Part shown: in pieces, positions 1 through 9,072 of the stretch
Position numbering within the stretch: position 1 is the first letter of the stretch
Layout of the letters: the number at the start of each line of letters is the position of its first letter
Assembly (NCBI GenBank): GCA_043731625.1
Contig: JAYTIV010000073.1
Location: 227-64,226 of the forward strand
Direction: 5' to 3'
Source of the DNA: Flavobacterium sp.
Lineage (GTDB): Bacteria; Bacteroidota; Bacteroidia; Flavobacteriales; Flavobacteriaceae
DNA length: 64,000 bases
Translations under genes and position numbers: made by a program
The notes under the pieces: generated by a model
Told to the model about the DNA's origin: nothing
The model's input: the letters and a program-made list of their open reading frames with translations, nothing else
Databases searched by the model: none

Positions 1-46
1 ATAAACGTTCCCGAAACCGAAAAGTTAGCAAGTGCGCTTATTGGCT

Positions 47-424
47 GTTATGATAATCGCAGCCGAAGACACGAGAGCAGGCGAGGAGAGCAATTCCAAT
101 ATTCTATTCCAATGAGCAATTAACTTTCGATCTTTAAATTTTCCACAACCACAAGACAAACTTTTAAAAAAGAAACTCTCAATTTAGCTTTTCAATTTTT
201 CTTTTTGATTATAATACTTTGCAACCAGAATTTGTTAAAGCACTCGAGAGCAACGCTCAAAAAATGGTTTAACCAAACCATTTTCGGAAACTGCTTTGAG
301 TAATCCAACTTCGATAGAATTACTTTTGACTTTCAATTTTCAATTTTTATTTCAAAGAGTAATTTTCAGTTCGTCAAGTTCAAAAAGAAACGTCAAATTT
401 TCCGCCGGCTGCGATAGTCATAAC
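47..424. mobile_element. ORF-less gene-cassette-like unit with 19-bp terminal inverted repeats
   Basis: GTTATGATAATCGCAGCCG (47-65) matches the reverse complement of 406-424 (GTTATGACTATCGCAGCCG) at 17/19; ends are GTT.../...AAC; no ORF >=60 aa; internal hairpin at 261-284. Confidence 0.6.
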
Positions 425-551
425 GTTTCCTAGCTAGAGCTTGTGGCGGCTTATGGAAATCTTTTTTTCCATAACCGACCAAGCGAAGTTATGAAAAGTA
501 AACGAACAATTTACCGAAAAACTAGCCATAAGTTTTAGCAAGTGTTAGGTG
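417..551 (-). repeat. attC-like recombination hairpin
   Basis: On the minus strand: CACCTAAC ... GTTATGAC, starting 8 nt after the stop of the CPBP gene. Plus-strand arms GCTAGAGCTTGTGGC (433-447) and GCCATAAGTTTTAGC (525-539) pair 15/15 with three G-T wobbles; inner hairpin at 451-474. Confidence 0.7.
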
Positions 552-558
552 TGCTGTC

Positions 559-1359
559 CTATTTAAGTAAAGCATTTCTAATAGCATCAATAAAAGCGTG
601 TGCAAATCCAGGTGCTATTAAGTTTCCACTTTTACGCCAATAAATAGACATAAAAAATCCAGCGATTGTATGGTTAAAAGGTAAAATAATACTTGCTAAA
701 AGTAGTTCTTCAGCTCCGCCCTTTGTCAATGGCAAATGCCACCATCCCCATAGAAAAGAAAGGTACAAAATTGACCAAAAGTTTATTTTTCGATCATTTT
801 CAGAAATATGTTCGTCTAATATACCCCTAAAAATTACTTCTTCAATCACAAACAGAACCGGTGTATACATAAGAATTGAAATTGCAAAATTTTCAAAATT
901 GAAGTTTATTTGACTAGAATTTTGAACTGATTTTAATACGGCAACTCCAACAAACATTAAACTCCCTATAAGTCCAGCCGTTAGCCAACATAATAGTGTT
1001 TCTTTTGCTGTCTTTTTTGTCATCTTTGAAATAGCATAACCACATCCAAAGGCTCCAACAATTATGCACAAATTATATAAAAATAAAGTTAAGTTGAATT
1101 CATCTTTTGAAAAGATTTTAAACATTCCATATATGGGATAAATACAAAGTAAAGCTGAATATAATAATGCTTTTTTGTTAAGGTTGAGTTTTTCATCCGT
1201 TCGTACCCAAGCACTTTGAATACTTTTCTTCCTTACGAAAAGTTGAAAGGCTAATCCTAAAGGAACTCCTAAAAGCAAATATTCATTTGGTTCAAGTTTG
1301 AATAAAAAACCTAATCCTATATATACAAAAGTAAAAACTGTTATTTGAATGTATTTCAT
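559..1359 (-). CDS. CPBP (CAAX protease self-immunity/Abi) family intramembrane glutamic endopeptidase
   Basis: Multi-TM protein with EEVIFRG, WGWWH and AHAFID motifs. Confidence 0.85.
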   Translation of the reverse strand: MKYIQITVFTFVYIGLGFLFKLEPNEYLLLGVPLGLAFQLFVRKKSIQSAWVRTDEKLNLNKKALLYSALLCIYPIYGMFKIFSKDEFNLTLFLYNLCIIVGAFGCGYAISKMTKKTAKETLLCWLTAGLIGSLMFVGVAVLKSVQNSSQINFNFENFAISILMYTPVLFVIEEVIFRGILDEHISENDRKINFWSILYLSFLWGWWHLPLTKGGAEELLLASIILPFNHTIAGFFMSIYWRKSGNLIAPGFAHAFIDAIRNALLK

Positions 1360-1470
1360 TTGTCTCTATAATTTCGTGAAGGATACCACCTAACTTATAA
1401 ATACCCGCAACAAGCATTTGTAAAGAAATTAAAGTCTGTTTTAGCAAATGTTTTTATAAACAGGATATAT

Positions 1471-1503
1471 CAAATATAGCACAATTTAAAGAAAAACATC
1501 AAA
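1471..1503 (-). promoter_or_regulatory. Bacteroidota primary-sigma promoter facing the cassette array
   Basis: Minus strand TTTG (1503-1500) - 21 nt - TATATTTG (1478-1471) fits TTTG-N19-21-TAnnTTTG. Confidence 0.55.
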
Positions 1504-1600
1504 AGAATTGCTATTCTAATCTGAAAAAAATAGGCAGTATGTAACCCTATGAGTGGTAGCATCATCATAGCCTATAAAACAATCCACTGAAAGTAGGAGG

Positions 1601-2620
1601 TTATTTATTGGATACACAACGAAAACCAATATGTTCTGTACTGGTATCGGATGTTTCTTTCATTCTTCTGGCGTTGCGATAACCCGAACAATAGTCCTCA
1701 TTGCATAAAAAAGACCCTCCACGAATCGTGCGTTTTGGAGCATACTGATCTTCTGGATCATAACTCTTTGTAAGACCTTTAGGGTTTTTGACGCCTTGGG
1801 CAACTGCTGTATAATACTGTGCATCGTACCAATCTTGGCACCATTCCCAGACATTACCCGCCATATCATACAACCCATACCCATTGGCAGGAAACGATTG
1901 CACAGGTGCAGTTTTGAGAAACCCATCTTGACTGGTATTTTGATACGGAAAATCGCCTTGCCAACTGTTGGTTTTGGGTTTTCCTTTATCTAAAGCTTCA
2001 TTGCCCCACGTATACACCTTGTTTTTCAAAGCACCGCGAGCAGCAAATTCCCATTCGGCTTCAGTAGGCAAGCGTTTCTTTGCCCATCGACAATAGGCTT
2101 GTGCATCGTCCCAAGAGACTTGTATCACTGGATGGTTTTCTTTGCCTACAAGGGTTGATTTGGGGCCAGAAGGATGTTTCCAATTGGCTCCCTTTTCCAT
2201 TTTCCACCAATACTCAGTATCGTTTTGAACAGTAGTAAAGACCAAGGCAGCTGGTTGCAAGGCATCGTCCGAAGGTTTTGGAGTACCTGCAGGCAGTTGT
2301 TTTTTTAATTGTTCCCAATCGATTGCTTTTTCGGCAGTAGTGACATAGTGCGTGGCGTTAACAAATTGTTGGAATTGGGCATTGGTCACCTCGGTGATGT
2401 CTATCCAAAACCCATCAAGAGTCACTCGATGTTTGGGATACTCGTCGGCACTGGCTTGGTTGTTGTCAGCACCCATTTCAAAAGTACCGCTAGGTATAAA
2501 AACCATATTTTGATGTGAAGGTAAAGTAGGGCTCACCGTTTTTTGAAGTGGCGAAGTCCTTTGCTGACAACCCAAAAGAAGGAAAAAAAGACAAGTGATA
2601 TAAAAGGGTTTTAACTGCAT
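1601..2620 (-). CDS. Formylglycine-generating enzyme (FGE/SUMF1 family), predicted lipoprotein
   Basis: RLPTEAEWEFAARG, GLYDMAGNVWEW, active-site RGGSFLCxxxxC..YR with both cysteines, GFRC; lipobox-like LLLGC. Confidence 0.9.
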   Translation of the reverse strand: MQLKPFYITCLFFLLLGCQQRTSPLQKTVSPTLPSHQNMVFIPSGTFEMGADNNQASADEYPKHRVTLDGFWIDITEVTNAQFQQFVNATHYVTTAEKAIDWEQLKKQLPAGTPKPSDDALQPAALVFTTVQNDTEYWWKMEKGANWKHPSGPKSTLVGKENHPVIQVSWDDAQAYCRWAKKRLPTEAEWEFAARGALKNKVYTWGNEALDKGKPKTNSWQGDFPYQNTSQDGFLKTAPVQSFPANGYGLYDMAGNVWEWCQDWYDAQYYTAVAQGVKNPKGLTKSYDPEDQYAPKRTIRGGSFLCNEDYCSGYRNARRMKETSDTSTEHIGFRCVSNK

Positions 2621-2640
2621 GGGTATCGGTTGGTTTCCCT

Positions 2641-4236
2641 TTATTTTTTAATCAGTTGGAATACCTGGTTTTGGTCTACTACTTTTACAAAATAGATCCC
2701 CTTTGATAAAAACGAAAAATCTTTTGAAGCAATGTCTTTGCCTTCAAAAAGTTTTGCTCCATTGCTGTTGTACAATTCAAAAACCGTCTCACTAGAAACG
2801 TTTTTTATAGCTATTGTACACTGAATAGGGTTTTCTACGACCACGATTTCATTGATAGCACTCCAAAACGAATCGGTCGCTAAATTGGTGCAGGTTATGC
2901 CAGTACCAAATAAAGTTGCCATCTCGGAACACAAATAATTGTAATTGGCACTATCAATAGCCGTCATTGCGGTCGTGAGTATATCGGTTGTTTCTGTAGG
3001 ATCGAGGAGTAGATTAAAAAATTTTTGAGTCCAATTGACGAATTTAATGAGTTTATAGGTTTCGTTTCGAATGGCTTTTCCGTCAGAAGCTAATGGGGTG
3101 ACTCTAAAAACTTCTGCAAATGCCCATGGTCGCACCGTAGTTGCCGTATTGTTGAGTATTGGCAACAAACTTTTACTATCGACAATCGTAGTGCCTATTT
3201 GGCTTTGCCAATTGATAGCGCCAAATAATTCTAAAATAGTGGCATATAAATCAACGGTATTGACCAAAGCATCACTTGTTCTATTCGGATTGATAACATC
3301 GGGTCCAGAAATGATAAAAGGTACGGTAATCCCACCTTGATAAACCGTTCCTTTGGAATTAGGCGCTTGTTGGACAAGATTTTCATCGCCGTTGTCACCT
3401 ATAAAAATAATATCAGTCGTATCCCATTTTCCTGTGGCTATTAAATAATCAAAAAAGCGACCAATTTCAGTATCCATTGCTTCGGTCATGGCTTGAAAAT
3501 AAGGAACTGGATTGGCGGTTATATCCGATTGGACACCCGATAAAGCCGTAGGGGCAATCAAATTGGCTGGTGGTAAATGATAGGGTGTATGTGGTGCATT
3601 GAATGCCAATTGCAAGTAAAAAGGTTTGGATGCGGGTTGATTGTTAAGGTAGGCTATGGCATTGTTAACATTTTCTATCGTAGCATAAGTGGTGCAGTTA
3701 GAATTAACCCCATTGGTAATTTTGGTCCAATTGTTAAAACCTATAGCCAATTGTCCGGGTTGTCCTAAAGCTCCCGTAAGACTGCCTTCAAAATGATCAA
3801 ACCCCATCGTAGTTGGATAGTTGTAACCAGCAGGAGCGCTTGTGGTTACGTGCCATTTGCCAATACACGCTTTTGAAATGCCGTTGGGTGTATATTGATT
3901 GAGTACTTTGGGAATAATCTTTTCGTTGATGTTCAATTTCGGATTAGGACCATCAACGACATCGCCAACGCCCGTTCTAAAACCATACCTACCGGTGAGG
4001 ATACTTGCTCGTGTAGGCGAACACAAGGGATTGGACCACGCATTATTAAAAACAACGCCACGATCTAAAAGCCTTCTTACTTGGGGTAAATGCACCGTGT
4101 TGGAAGCATGATCCGGATAAATATCACAATAGTCTTTTCCTAAATCGTCCGCAATAATCAATACGACATTGCGTTGTTGTGCTTGCACACAAAAAACCAT
4201 CAACAGAAAGCAGCATATTAAATAGGTTTTTTTCAT
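2641..4236 (-). CDS. Cys-type sulfatase with signal peptide and probable T9SS C-terminal domain
   Basis: IIADDLG, CSPTRASILTGR, GKWH, APHTPYH, GDNG motifs; CTD-like end (KGIYFVKV...LIKK); start reassigned to MKKTYL at 4236. Confidence 0.9.
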   Translation of the reverse strand: MKKTYLICCFLLMVFCVQAQQRNVVLIIADDLGKDYCDIYPDHASNTVHLPQVRRLLDRGVVFNNAWSNPLCSPTRASILTGRYGFRTGVGDVVDGPNPKLNINEKIIPKVLNQYTPNGISKACIGKWHVTTSAPAGYNYPTTMGFDHFEGSLTGALGQPGQLAIGFNNWTKITNGVNSNCTTYATIENVNNAIAYLNNQPASKPFYLQLAFNAPHTPYHLPPANLIAPTALSGVQSDITANPVPYFQAMTEAMDTEIGRFFDYLIATGKWDTTDIIFIGDNGDENLVQQAPNSKGTVYQGGITVPFIISGPDVINPNRTSDALVNTVDLYATILELFGAINWQSQIGTTIVDSKSLLPILNNTATTVRPWAFAEVFRVTPLASDGKAIRNETYKLIKFVNWTQKFFNLLLDPTETTDILTTAMTAIDSANYNYLCSEMATLFGTGITCTNLATDSFWSAINEIVVVENPIQCTIAIKNVSSETVFELYNSNGAKLFEGKDIASKDFSFLSKGIYFVKVVDQNQVFQLIKK

Positions 4237-4406
4237 ACGGTTTTGTCGTTTTGAATGGAGGAATAGGTAGGACTTTAAAAGGCAAAAAAGGTTTAATACA
4301 AGTTGGTAAATCCCATTAAGCAATTGCAATACTACTGAGGGAATGACTAGTAAAAATAAGATTCAATTCATATCTTTTAACTTCTAATAATCAACACCTT
4401 ACTATC

Positions 4407-5765
4407 TTATTTTTTAACGATTACTTTAATAGTTTTATTGGTTTTTCCATTGGTTATTTTGACAAAATAAACGCCATTGTATAGCGAATCCGTATCCAAA
4501 ACAGTTAAGGTACTTCCTTGAAGCATTTTACCTGTTTTGACTACTTTTCCTAAAGCATCTATCAATTCGACTTGCAGGTCTTTTTCGGTCATAGGACTTT
4601 GAATGGCAATATATTCGGTAGCTGGATTAGGTGCTACTACTATTTTTACCGTCGAAAGATCAAAAGAAGCAGCGGCTAAAGGTTGCACATAGGTTGTCGT
4701 TCCTGCTGGTACTGTCGTTACTATGGTAGCTGTTACATTTCCATAAAAAGTAGGTCCAACCACATATGGATAGGTTGATTTGTGATTCTCATCAACAGTT
4801 GCAAAATAACAATAGATTCCGTTAGGATATTCGGGTGTCACACAAAACCGACCATTATGACTGTCTAGATAAGTGGCGTCATTAGGATGGGCTACATATT
4901 CGTAATCTTCTCTAAAATACCCGTTAAACATGGTTTGAGTACCTACCACTTGATTGATAGCTGGACCATTGGTTCGCAATCCGTTAGCATAAGCTTTTAA
5001 TTGGTAACTTGACTTCATTCGACTAATACCACCTGAACCATCGGTATTGGTATAACCATAAGCGCCATAAATAGGAAAACCATCATAAGTAAATCCTAAC
5101 AAAGGAGCATGTTCAGCAGGGTTGATGACGTACAATCCGTCAGAAGGGTAGGTATCGCAAATGTTAGACGACACCACCAAATCTAGATTGAAAGCACTTG
5201 GGTTTTGATGGTGGTGGTAATTGCCCATAGCAGGATGTGCTTTGGCACAATCAAAACCACCGCGTTCTGCTGGAATAGCATCTCTGTTCCACGCTTGTGT
5301 TGTTCCAGGACCACCCGCACAAGGAGGATTTCCTGGTCCACCGCATAACGCATTGGTAGTAGTACTCCAGGCCACACCATCACGATAATCAAATAAAGCG
5401 ACTCCATTTTTGAATATCCCAATATTCCCTCCAGTAGTGGCACTAGCCGTTCCTGTATTTTGGGTAGGGTTTAATGAAATTTTAAATATTTTATTTTGTG
5501 CTGTTGCTATAGATGGATTTCCAACAAAAGGACCCGTAATATAAGCTGGAATTCCAGTTGCTGAAACATACACCCAATTGGCATCGTATTGCACCGTTTG
5601 TACATTGGCCAATACAGCATCATTAATAGGGGTTGCATTGCCTGCTACATAATGACGACCGGTGATTCCAGTGGTGTTTTGCAACCATTTGGTTATGGCC
5701 GGATTGGTTTGAGAATTTGCATAAATTGCAAATAGCAAAGCAAAAATTAAAAAAGTTTTTTTCAT
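4407..5765 (-). CDS. YHYH-domain protein with T9SS type A sorting domain
   Basis: GNYHHH, DGFPIYG and LDSHNG...YPNGIYCYF motifs; signal peptide; APNPA...NGVYFVKI...VIVKK C-terminus. Confidence 0.85.
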   Translation of the reverse strand: MKKTFLIFALLFAIYANSQTNPAITKWLQNTTGITGRHYVAGNATPINDAVLANVQTVQYDANWVYVSATGIPAYITGPFVGNPSIATAQNKIFKISLNPTQNTGTASATTGGNIGIFKNGVALFDYRDGVAWSTTTNALCGGPGNPPCAGGPGTTQAWNRDAIPAERGGFDCAKAHPAMGNYHHHQNPSAFNLDLVVSSNICDTYPSDGLYVINPAEHAPLLGFTYDGFPIYGAYGYTNTDGSGGISRMKSSYQLKAYANGLRTNGPAINQVVGTQTMFNGYFREDYEYVAHPNDATYLDSHNGRFCVTPEYPNGIYCYFATVDENHKSTYPYVVGPTFYGNVTATIVTTVPAGTTTYVQPLAAASFDLSTVKIVVAPNPATEYIAIQSPMTEKDLQVELIDALGKVVKTGKMLQGSTLTVLDTDSLYNGVYFVKITNGKTNKTIKVIVKK

Positions 5766-5787
5766 ATTGTATATTGATTTATTATTT

Positions 5788-5813
5788 AGACGATCGTATT
5801 ATTAAATTCTTGC
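5788..5813 (-). promoter_or_regulatory. ECF sigma promoter, copy upstream of YHYH gene
   Basis: Minus strand GCAAGAA-N13-TCGTCT, 22 nt before the ATG; same motif and spacing at 8303-8328 and 8876-8901. Confidence 0.75.
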
Positions 5814-5827
5814 GTTGCGCTTTCCTT

Positions 5828-6850
5828 TTATTTTGGATATCCAAATTTAGGGTTAAATAAAAATGCGGTGTCGGTTAAGGTTTTTAGAAAGGCATCTAAA
5901 TCGACTCGGTCGTTATCGGTTAAATGCATTGGTTTTTGCAATGGTTTAAATAAAGTAGGACTTTGCAGTATTCCTGTATTATAATGTTTGATGACTACGG
6001 TTAAGGTTTTAAAACGACCATCGTGCATATACGGAAAGGTAAATTGCACATTGCGCAAAGTAGGTACCTTAAAACGGTAAGCATCTTTAGTATTTTTTGT
6101 AATTTTCATTCTGCCTAGGTCATTTAGGGTGGTATCAATTGTTAATCCATTGTTTTCAAATTTATCGCTGGTAAACAACGGTTCCTGATGGCACGAAGCA
6201 CAATGTCTTTTAAATAAAGCATAGCCTTTTTGTTCACTTTCGTTAAAGGAAACTTCTCCTCGTGCTACTTTATCGTATTTAGCATTGGCAGAAACCAATT
6301 GCAACTCAAACTGTGATAAGGCTTTCAAAAGCAGTTGACCCGTAATGATGTTAGTTCCAAAAGCCTTTTCAAATAAGGCAGGATAGCGATTGCTTTTTTG
6401 CAATTTAGCAACCACATTAGCTATTGTTTCATCCATTTCTTCGGCGCTGGTAATAGGTGCTATGGGTTGCACATCTAAATGATTGACACCACCATCCCAC
6501 ATAAAGTCTTTTGACCAAGCTACGTTTATTAACGCCATTGCATTTCTTGTACCAATTTTACCTTCAATTCCGTGACTCAAATCATGATCGACATGTGCAA
6601 AACCAGTGGCTTGCAAATGACAACTGGCGCAGGATATGGTGTTGTCTCGTGATAAAATAGGGTCGTAAAATAACGTTCTGCCCAATTGAAATCCTTCTTC
6701 CGTTAACGGATTTTTAGCAAAATCATAATGAGGTTGAGGCCATCCTTTGGGAATATCAAAATAGATAGGGGTACCTTTTTTTGGAGAAAAGGCGAACAAT
6801 AGAAGTAGTATACTTCCTAATCCTATGCTATTTCGTAAGGTGTTTTTCAT
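5828..6850 (-). CDS. mbnH: Di-heme cytochrome c peroxidase/MauG family protein, MbnH-like
   Basis: Two CxxCH motifs (CASCH twice), MWDG, FKVPTLRN, PYMHDG; 4-nt overlap with the mbnP-like gene. Confidence 0.8.
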   Translation of the reverse strand: MKNTLRNSIGLGSILLLLFAFSPKKGTPIYFDIPKGWPQPHYDFAKNPLTEEGFQLGRTLFYDPILSRDNTISCASCHLQATGFAHVDHDLSHGIEGKIGTRNAMALINVAWSKDFMWDGGVNHLDVQPIAPITSAEEMDETIANVVAKLQKSNRYPALFEKAFGTNIITGQLLLKALSQFELQLVSANAKYDKVARGEVSFNESEQKGYALFKRHCASCHQEPLFTSDKFENNGLTIDTTLNDLGRMKITKNTKDAYRFKVPTLRNVQFTFPYMHDGRFKTLTVVIKHYNTGILQSPTLFKPLQKPMHLTDNDRVDLDAFLKTLTDTAFLFNPKFGYPK

Positions 6851-7539
6851 TCTATATTAAACATTTTGACACTGGTATCAGCCAATGTTATGGCCTGTTT
6901 GCCAGGAATCATGACGGTATGGGTTGTTGCCAATTGCAATTCTGAAAAGAAAGCAGCAACATCTATAGCAATATCCAAGTTATTGAGTTGTGGAGCTACA
7001 ACTACCTTTCGCATCGCATAATAAGGTTGTTTATAGCCACCAATATGAAATTGAAATTGGTTCTTTCTGGTTTTACAACTTGCACTAGTACCTTCTATTT
7101 TCATATTGATATACCCACTTTGCCATGCCCAATACATTCCTTTGGTCGGATCTAAATCGCCCGACAAAGCACCAGAGGTACTTGTGGTGCTATCAATGCC
7201 AACTTGGAAAGACACTTTTGTAATCGATTTGTTTTCATTTTTTGAAAGAGGTAATCGTAACGAGGATACATCTTCTAGATCCAAAAGGTGAACACTATTG
7301 GGTTGATGAAAAACCGATTGGTCTTCAAACTGAATTTCGATATTGGAGATGTACAATTTCAAGAGACTGATTTGTATGGTGTCTTGGTTTTTGGAAATGT
7401 ATTTTTGGTTCAACACTAAAGGCGCATCCTGGAACTTGAAATGAAACTGCATCACCAATGAATCCTTCTTATTTTGAGCAAAAATGCTGGGATTAAAAAG
7501 GAAAGTCAAGAGCACCATCAACAAGTGTTTTTTAATCAT
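6847..7539 (-). CDS. mbnP: MbnP-family periplasmic copper-binding protein
   Basis: GMYWAWQSGYINMK with the WxW motif, FHIGG; signal peptide; adjacent to the di-heme peroxidase. Confidence 0.8.
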   Translation of the reverse strand: MIKKHLLMVLLTFLFNPSIFAQNKKDSLVMQFHFKFQDAPLVLNQKYISKNQDTIQISLLKLYISNIEIQFEDQSVFHQPNSVHLLDLEDVSSLRLPLSKNENKSITKVSFQVGIDSTTSTSGALSGDLDPTKGMYWAWQSGYINMKIEGTSASCKTRKNQFQFHIGGYKQPYYAMRKVVVAPQLNNLDIAIDVAAFFSELQLATTHTVMIPGKQAITLADTSVKMFNIE

Positions 7540-8020
7540 TTCCTGGTCTTGGTCTTGGTTTTGAAAACAGTCTCGATAATTCTTCAGTCAAATCATAAAA
7601 ATCATCTAACTGGTTGGGATGACATATTTTTTTAATGTCTTGGAAATGGTTGAAATGGGTAAGTTCAATTTGTTTTTGATAGGTTGCCAATATAGCAATC
7701 AAGCTGTCTTTGGTTTTAACATCAATTGATGTTTTTATTAATTGCAAATACAAGTTGTTTTTGGAATCTCGGATGTGATCATCTAATTCGTTGATGGTCG
7801 TGCGATGCGAAAGAATTAATTTTTCATATACCTTTTGCTGTTGTGCATCAAAATGCAATTTTTCTATAATTATTTCTTTCGGTTGTGGTCGACCTTCTGG
7901 TCCACGTCCTGGTGGTGGACGATGTCCTTTTGTTCCACTGAAAAATAAATAGCCTAGTGTTCCTAGATTGAGAACTAAAAGCGCAATGACTGAAAAAGTT
8001 AATAATTTTATTTTATCCAT
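7532..8020 (-). CDS. Spy/CpxP-like periplasmic heavy-metal sensor
   Basis: N-terminal TM (LLVLNLGTL), Pro/Gly linker, helical L.FDAQQQ...ICHPNQ domain; start reassigned to MDKIKL at 8020. Confidence 0.7.
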   Translation of the reverse strand: MDKIKLLTFSVIALLVLNLGTLGYLFFSGTKGHRPPPGRGPEGRPQPKEIIIEKLHFDAQQQKVYEKLILSHRTTINELDDHIRDSKNNLYLQLIKTSIDVKTKDSLIAILATYQKQIELTHFNHFQDIKKICHPNQLDDFYDLTEELSRLFSKPRPRPGND

Positions 8021-8024
8021 ACTC

Positions 8025-8294
8025 TTAATAAAATTGATTGTTGGTTTGAAGGGTAGCAGCAATATTGGCTATTGAACTATCGTTTGAAATTGTTTTTTGG
8101 TTAAGCAAAACCATAATATTAATCCCTAACAAAACGACTATTGAGGCTGCAACCAACCTTATTAATTGGATTGGTGCTTTTTTTTCAGCTTCTAGTCGTT
8201 GTTCTATTTTTTGAAATAAGGCAGCATTAGGAGTCGCTTTTGTGATTCCGTTTGTACTGTTTAAAATGTCTTGGATGTAATTCTCTTTCTCCAT
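8025..8294 (-). CDS. Putative small membrane anti-sigma factor
   Basis: 89 aa, one TM with VAASIVVLLGIN, directly downstream of the ECF sigma gene. Confidence 0.65.
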   Translation of the reverse strand: MEKENYIQDILNSTNGITKATPNAALFQKIEQRLEAEKKAPIQLIRLVAASIVVLLGINIMVLLNQKTISNDSSIANIAATLQTNNQFY

Positions 8295-8302
8295 ACTATG
8301 TT

Positions 8303-8328
8303 AGACGACTCTTAGTTATTTTTCTTGT
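8303..8328 (-). promoter_or_regulatory. ECF sigma promoter, copy upstream of anti-sigma gene
   Basis: Minus strand ACAAGAA-N13-TCGTCT overlapping the sigma stop codon, 8 nt before the ATG. Confidence 0.7.
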
Positions 8329-8863
8329 GTTGTTTTTCAAATTTTTGAATTAATTTTTCTTTTAAAGTGGTTTTGGCTCTAAATAGCAAGGATTCTACTG
8401 AGGAAATACTCAACTCCATAACTGCTGCAATTTCAGGATTGCTTTGTCCGTCAATTTTAGAAAGGATAAAGGCAGTCCTTTGATTGTCAGTCAATTGATT
8501 GATAGCTTCAAAAAGGATTTGGGCGTTTTCTTTATTTTCTAATAGTATTCCAGGATGTTCAAAATCGGTGATATTTAGAATTTCATTTTCGTTTTGAGAA
8601 CGTTTGCCAAAAACAAAAAAGCGCTTTTTACTCTTTTTATGTTTGATAAAATCCAAGCATTTGTTAATGGTAATTCTATAAATCCAGGTTTTTAATGCGG
8701 CCTTTTCTTCAAATTGATGCATCGACTTATAGATTTGAACAAACACATCTTGTGTAATTTCTTCGGCATCTTCACAATTCTGCACATAATTTAGCGCCAC
8801 ATTATAGACCAATACATGGTATTGAGCATAAAGCGATTCGAAATTAGAGGAAGTGGTTTGCAT
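8312..8863 (-). CDS. ECF RNA polymerase sigma-70 factor
   Basis: DAEEITQDVF, TWIYRITINKCLD (region 2); EIAAVMELSISSVESLLFRAK (region 4 HTH). Confidence 0.95.
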   Translation of the reverse strand: MQTTSSNFESLYAQYHVLVYNVALNYVQNCEDAEEITQDVFVQIYKSMHQFEEKAALKTWIYRITINKCLDFIKHKKSKKRFFVFGKRSQNENEILNITDFEHPGILLENKENAQILFEAINQLTDNQRTAFILSKIDGQSNPEIAAVMELSISSVESLLFRAKTTLKEKLIQKFEKQHKKNN

Positions 8864-8875
8864 TTATAGATTATA

Positions 8876-8901
8876 AGACGACGTTTATTATTTTTTCTTG
8901 C
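8876..8901 (-). promoter_or_regulatory. ECF sigma autoregulatory promoter
   Basis: Minus strand GCAAGAA-N13-TCGTCT, 12 nt before the sigma ATG. Confidence 0.75.
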
Positions 8902-9072
8902 TTTTAAAATGATTTTTTTTGAATATTAAAATAGTGTTATATTTGGGCATTAAAATTCAAACATAATACAAACATTTTAGATATGTCATCGCCAATAAAA
9001 AAAGTTTGCTCTACAAACACAAATAAATGTTTGCGATACCGTATTTGACCATTTAAAATAAAATTTACAAAT

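Noticed and set aside
5828-7539. Methanobactin biosynthetic cluster
   Set aside because: No mbnA/mbnB/mbnC-like genes or TonB-dependent transporter nearby; MbnPH pairs occur widely without methanobactin
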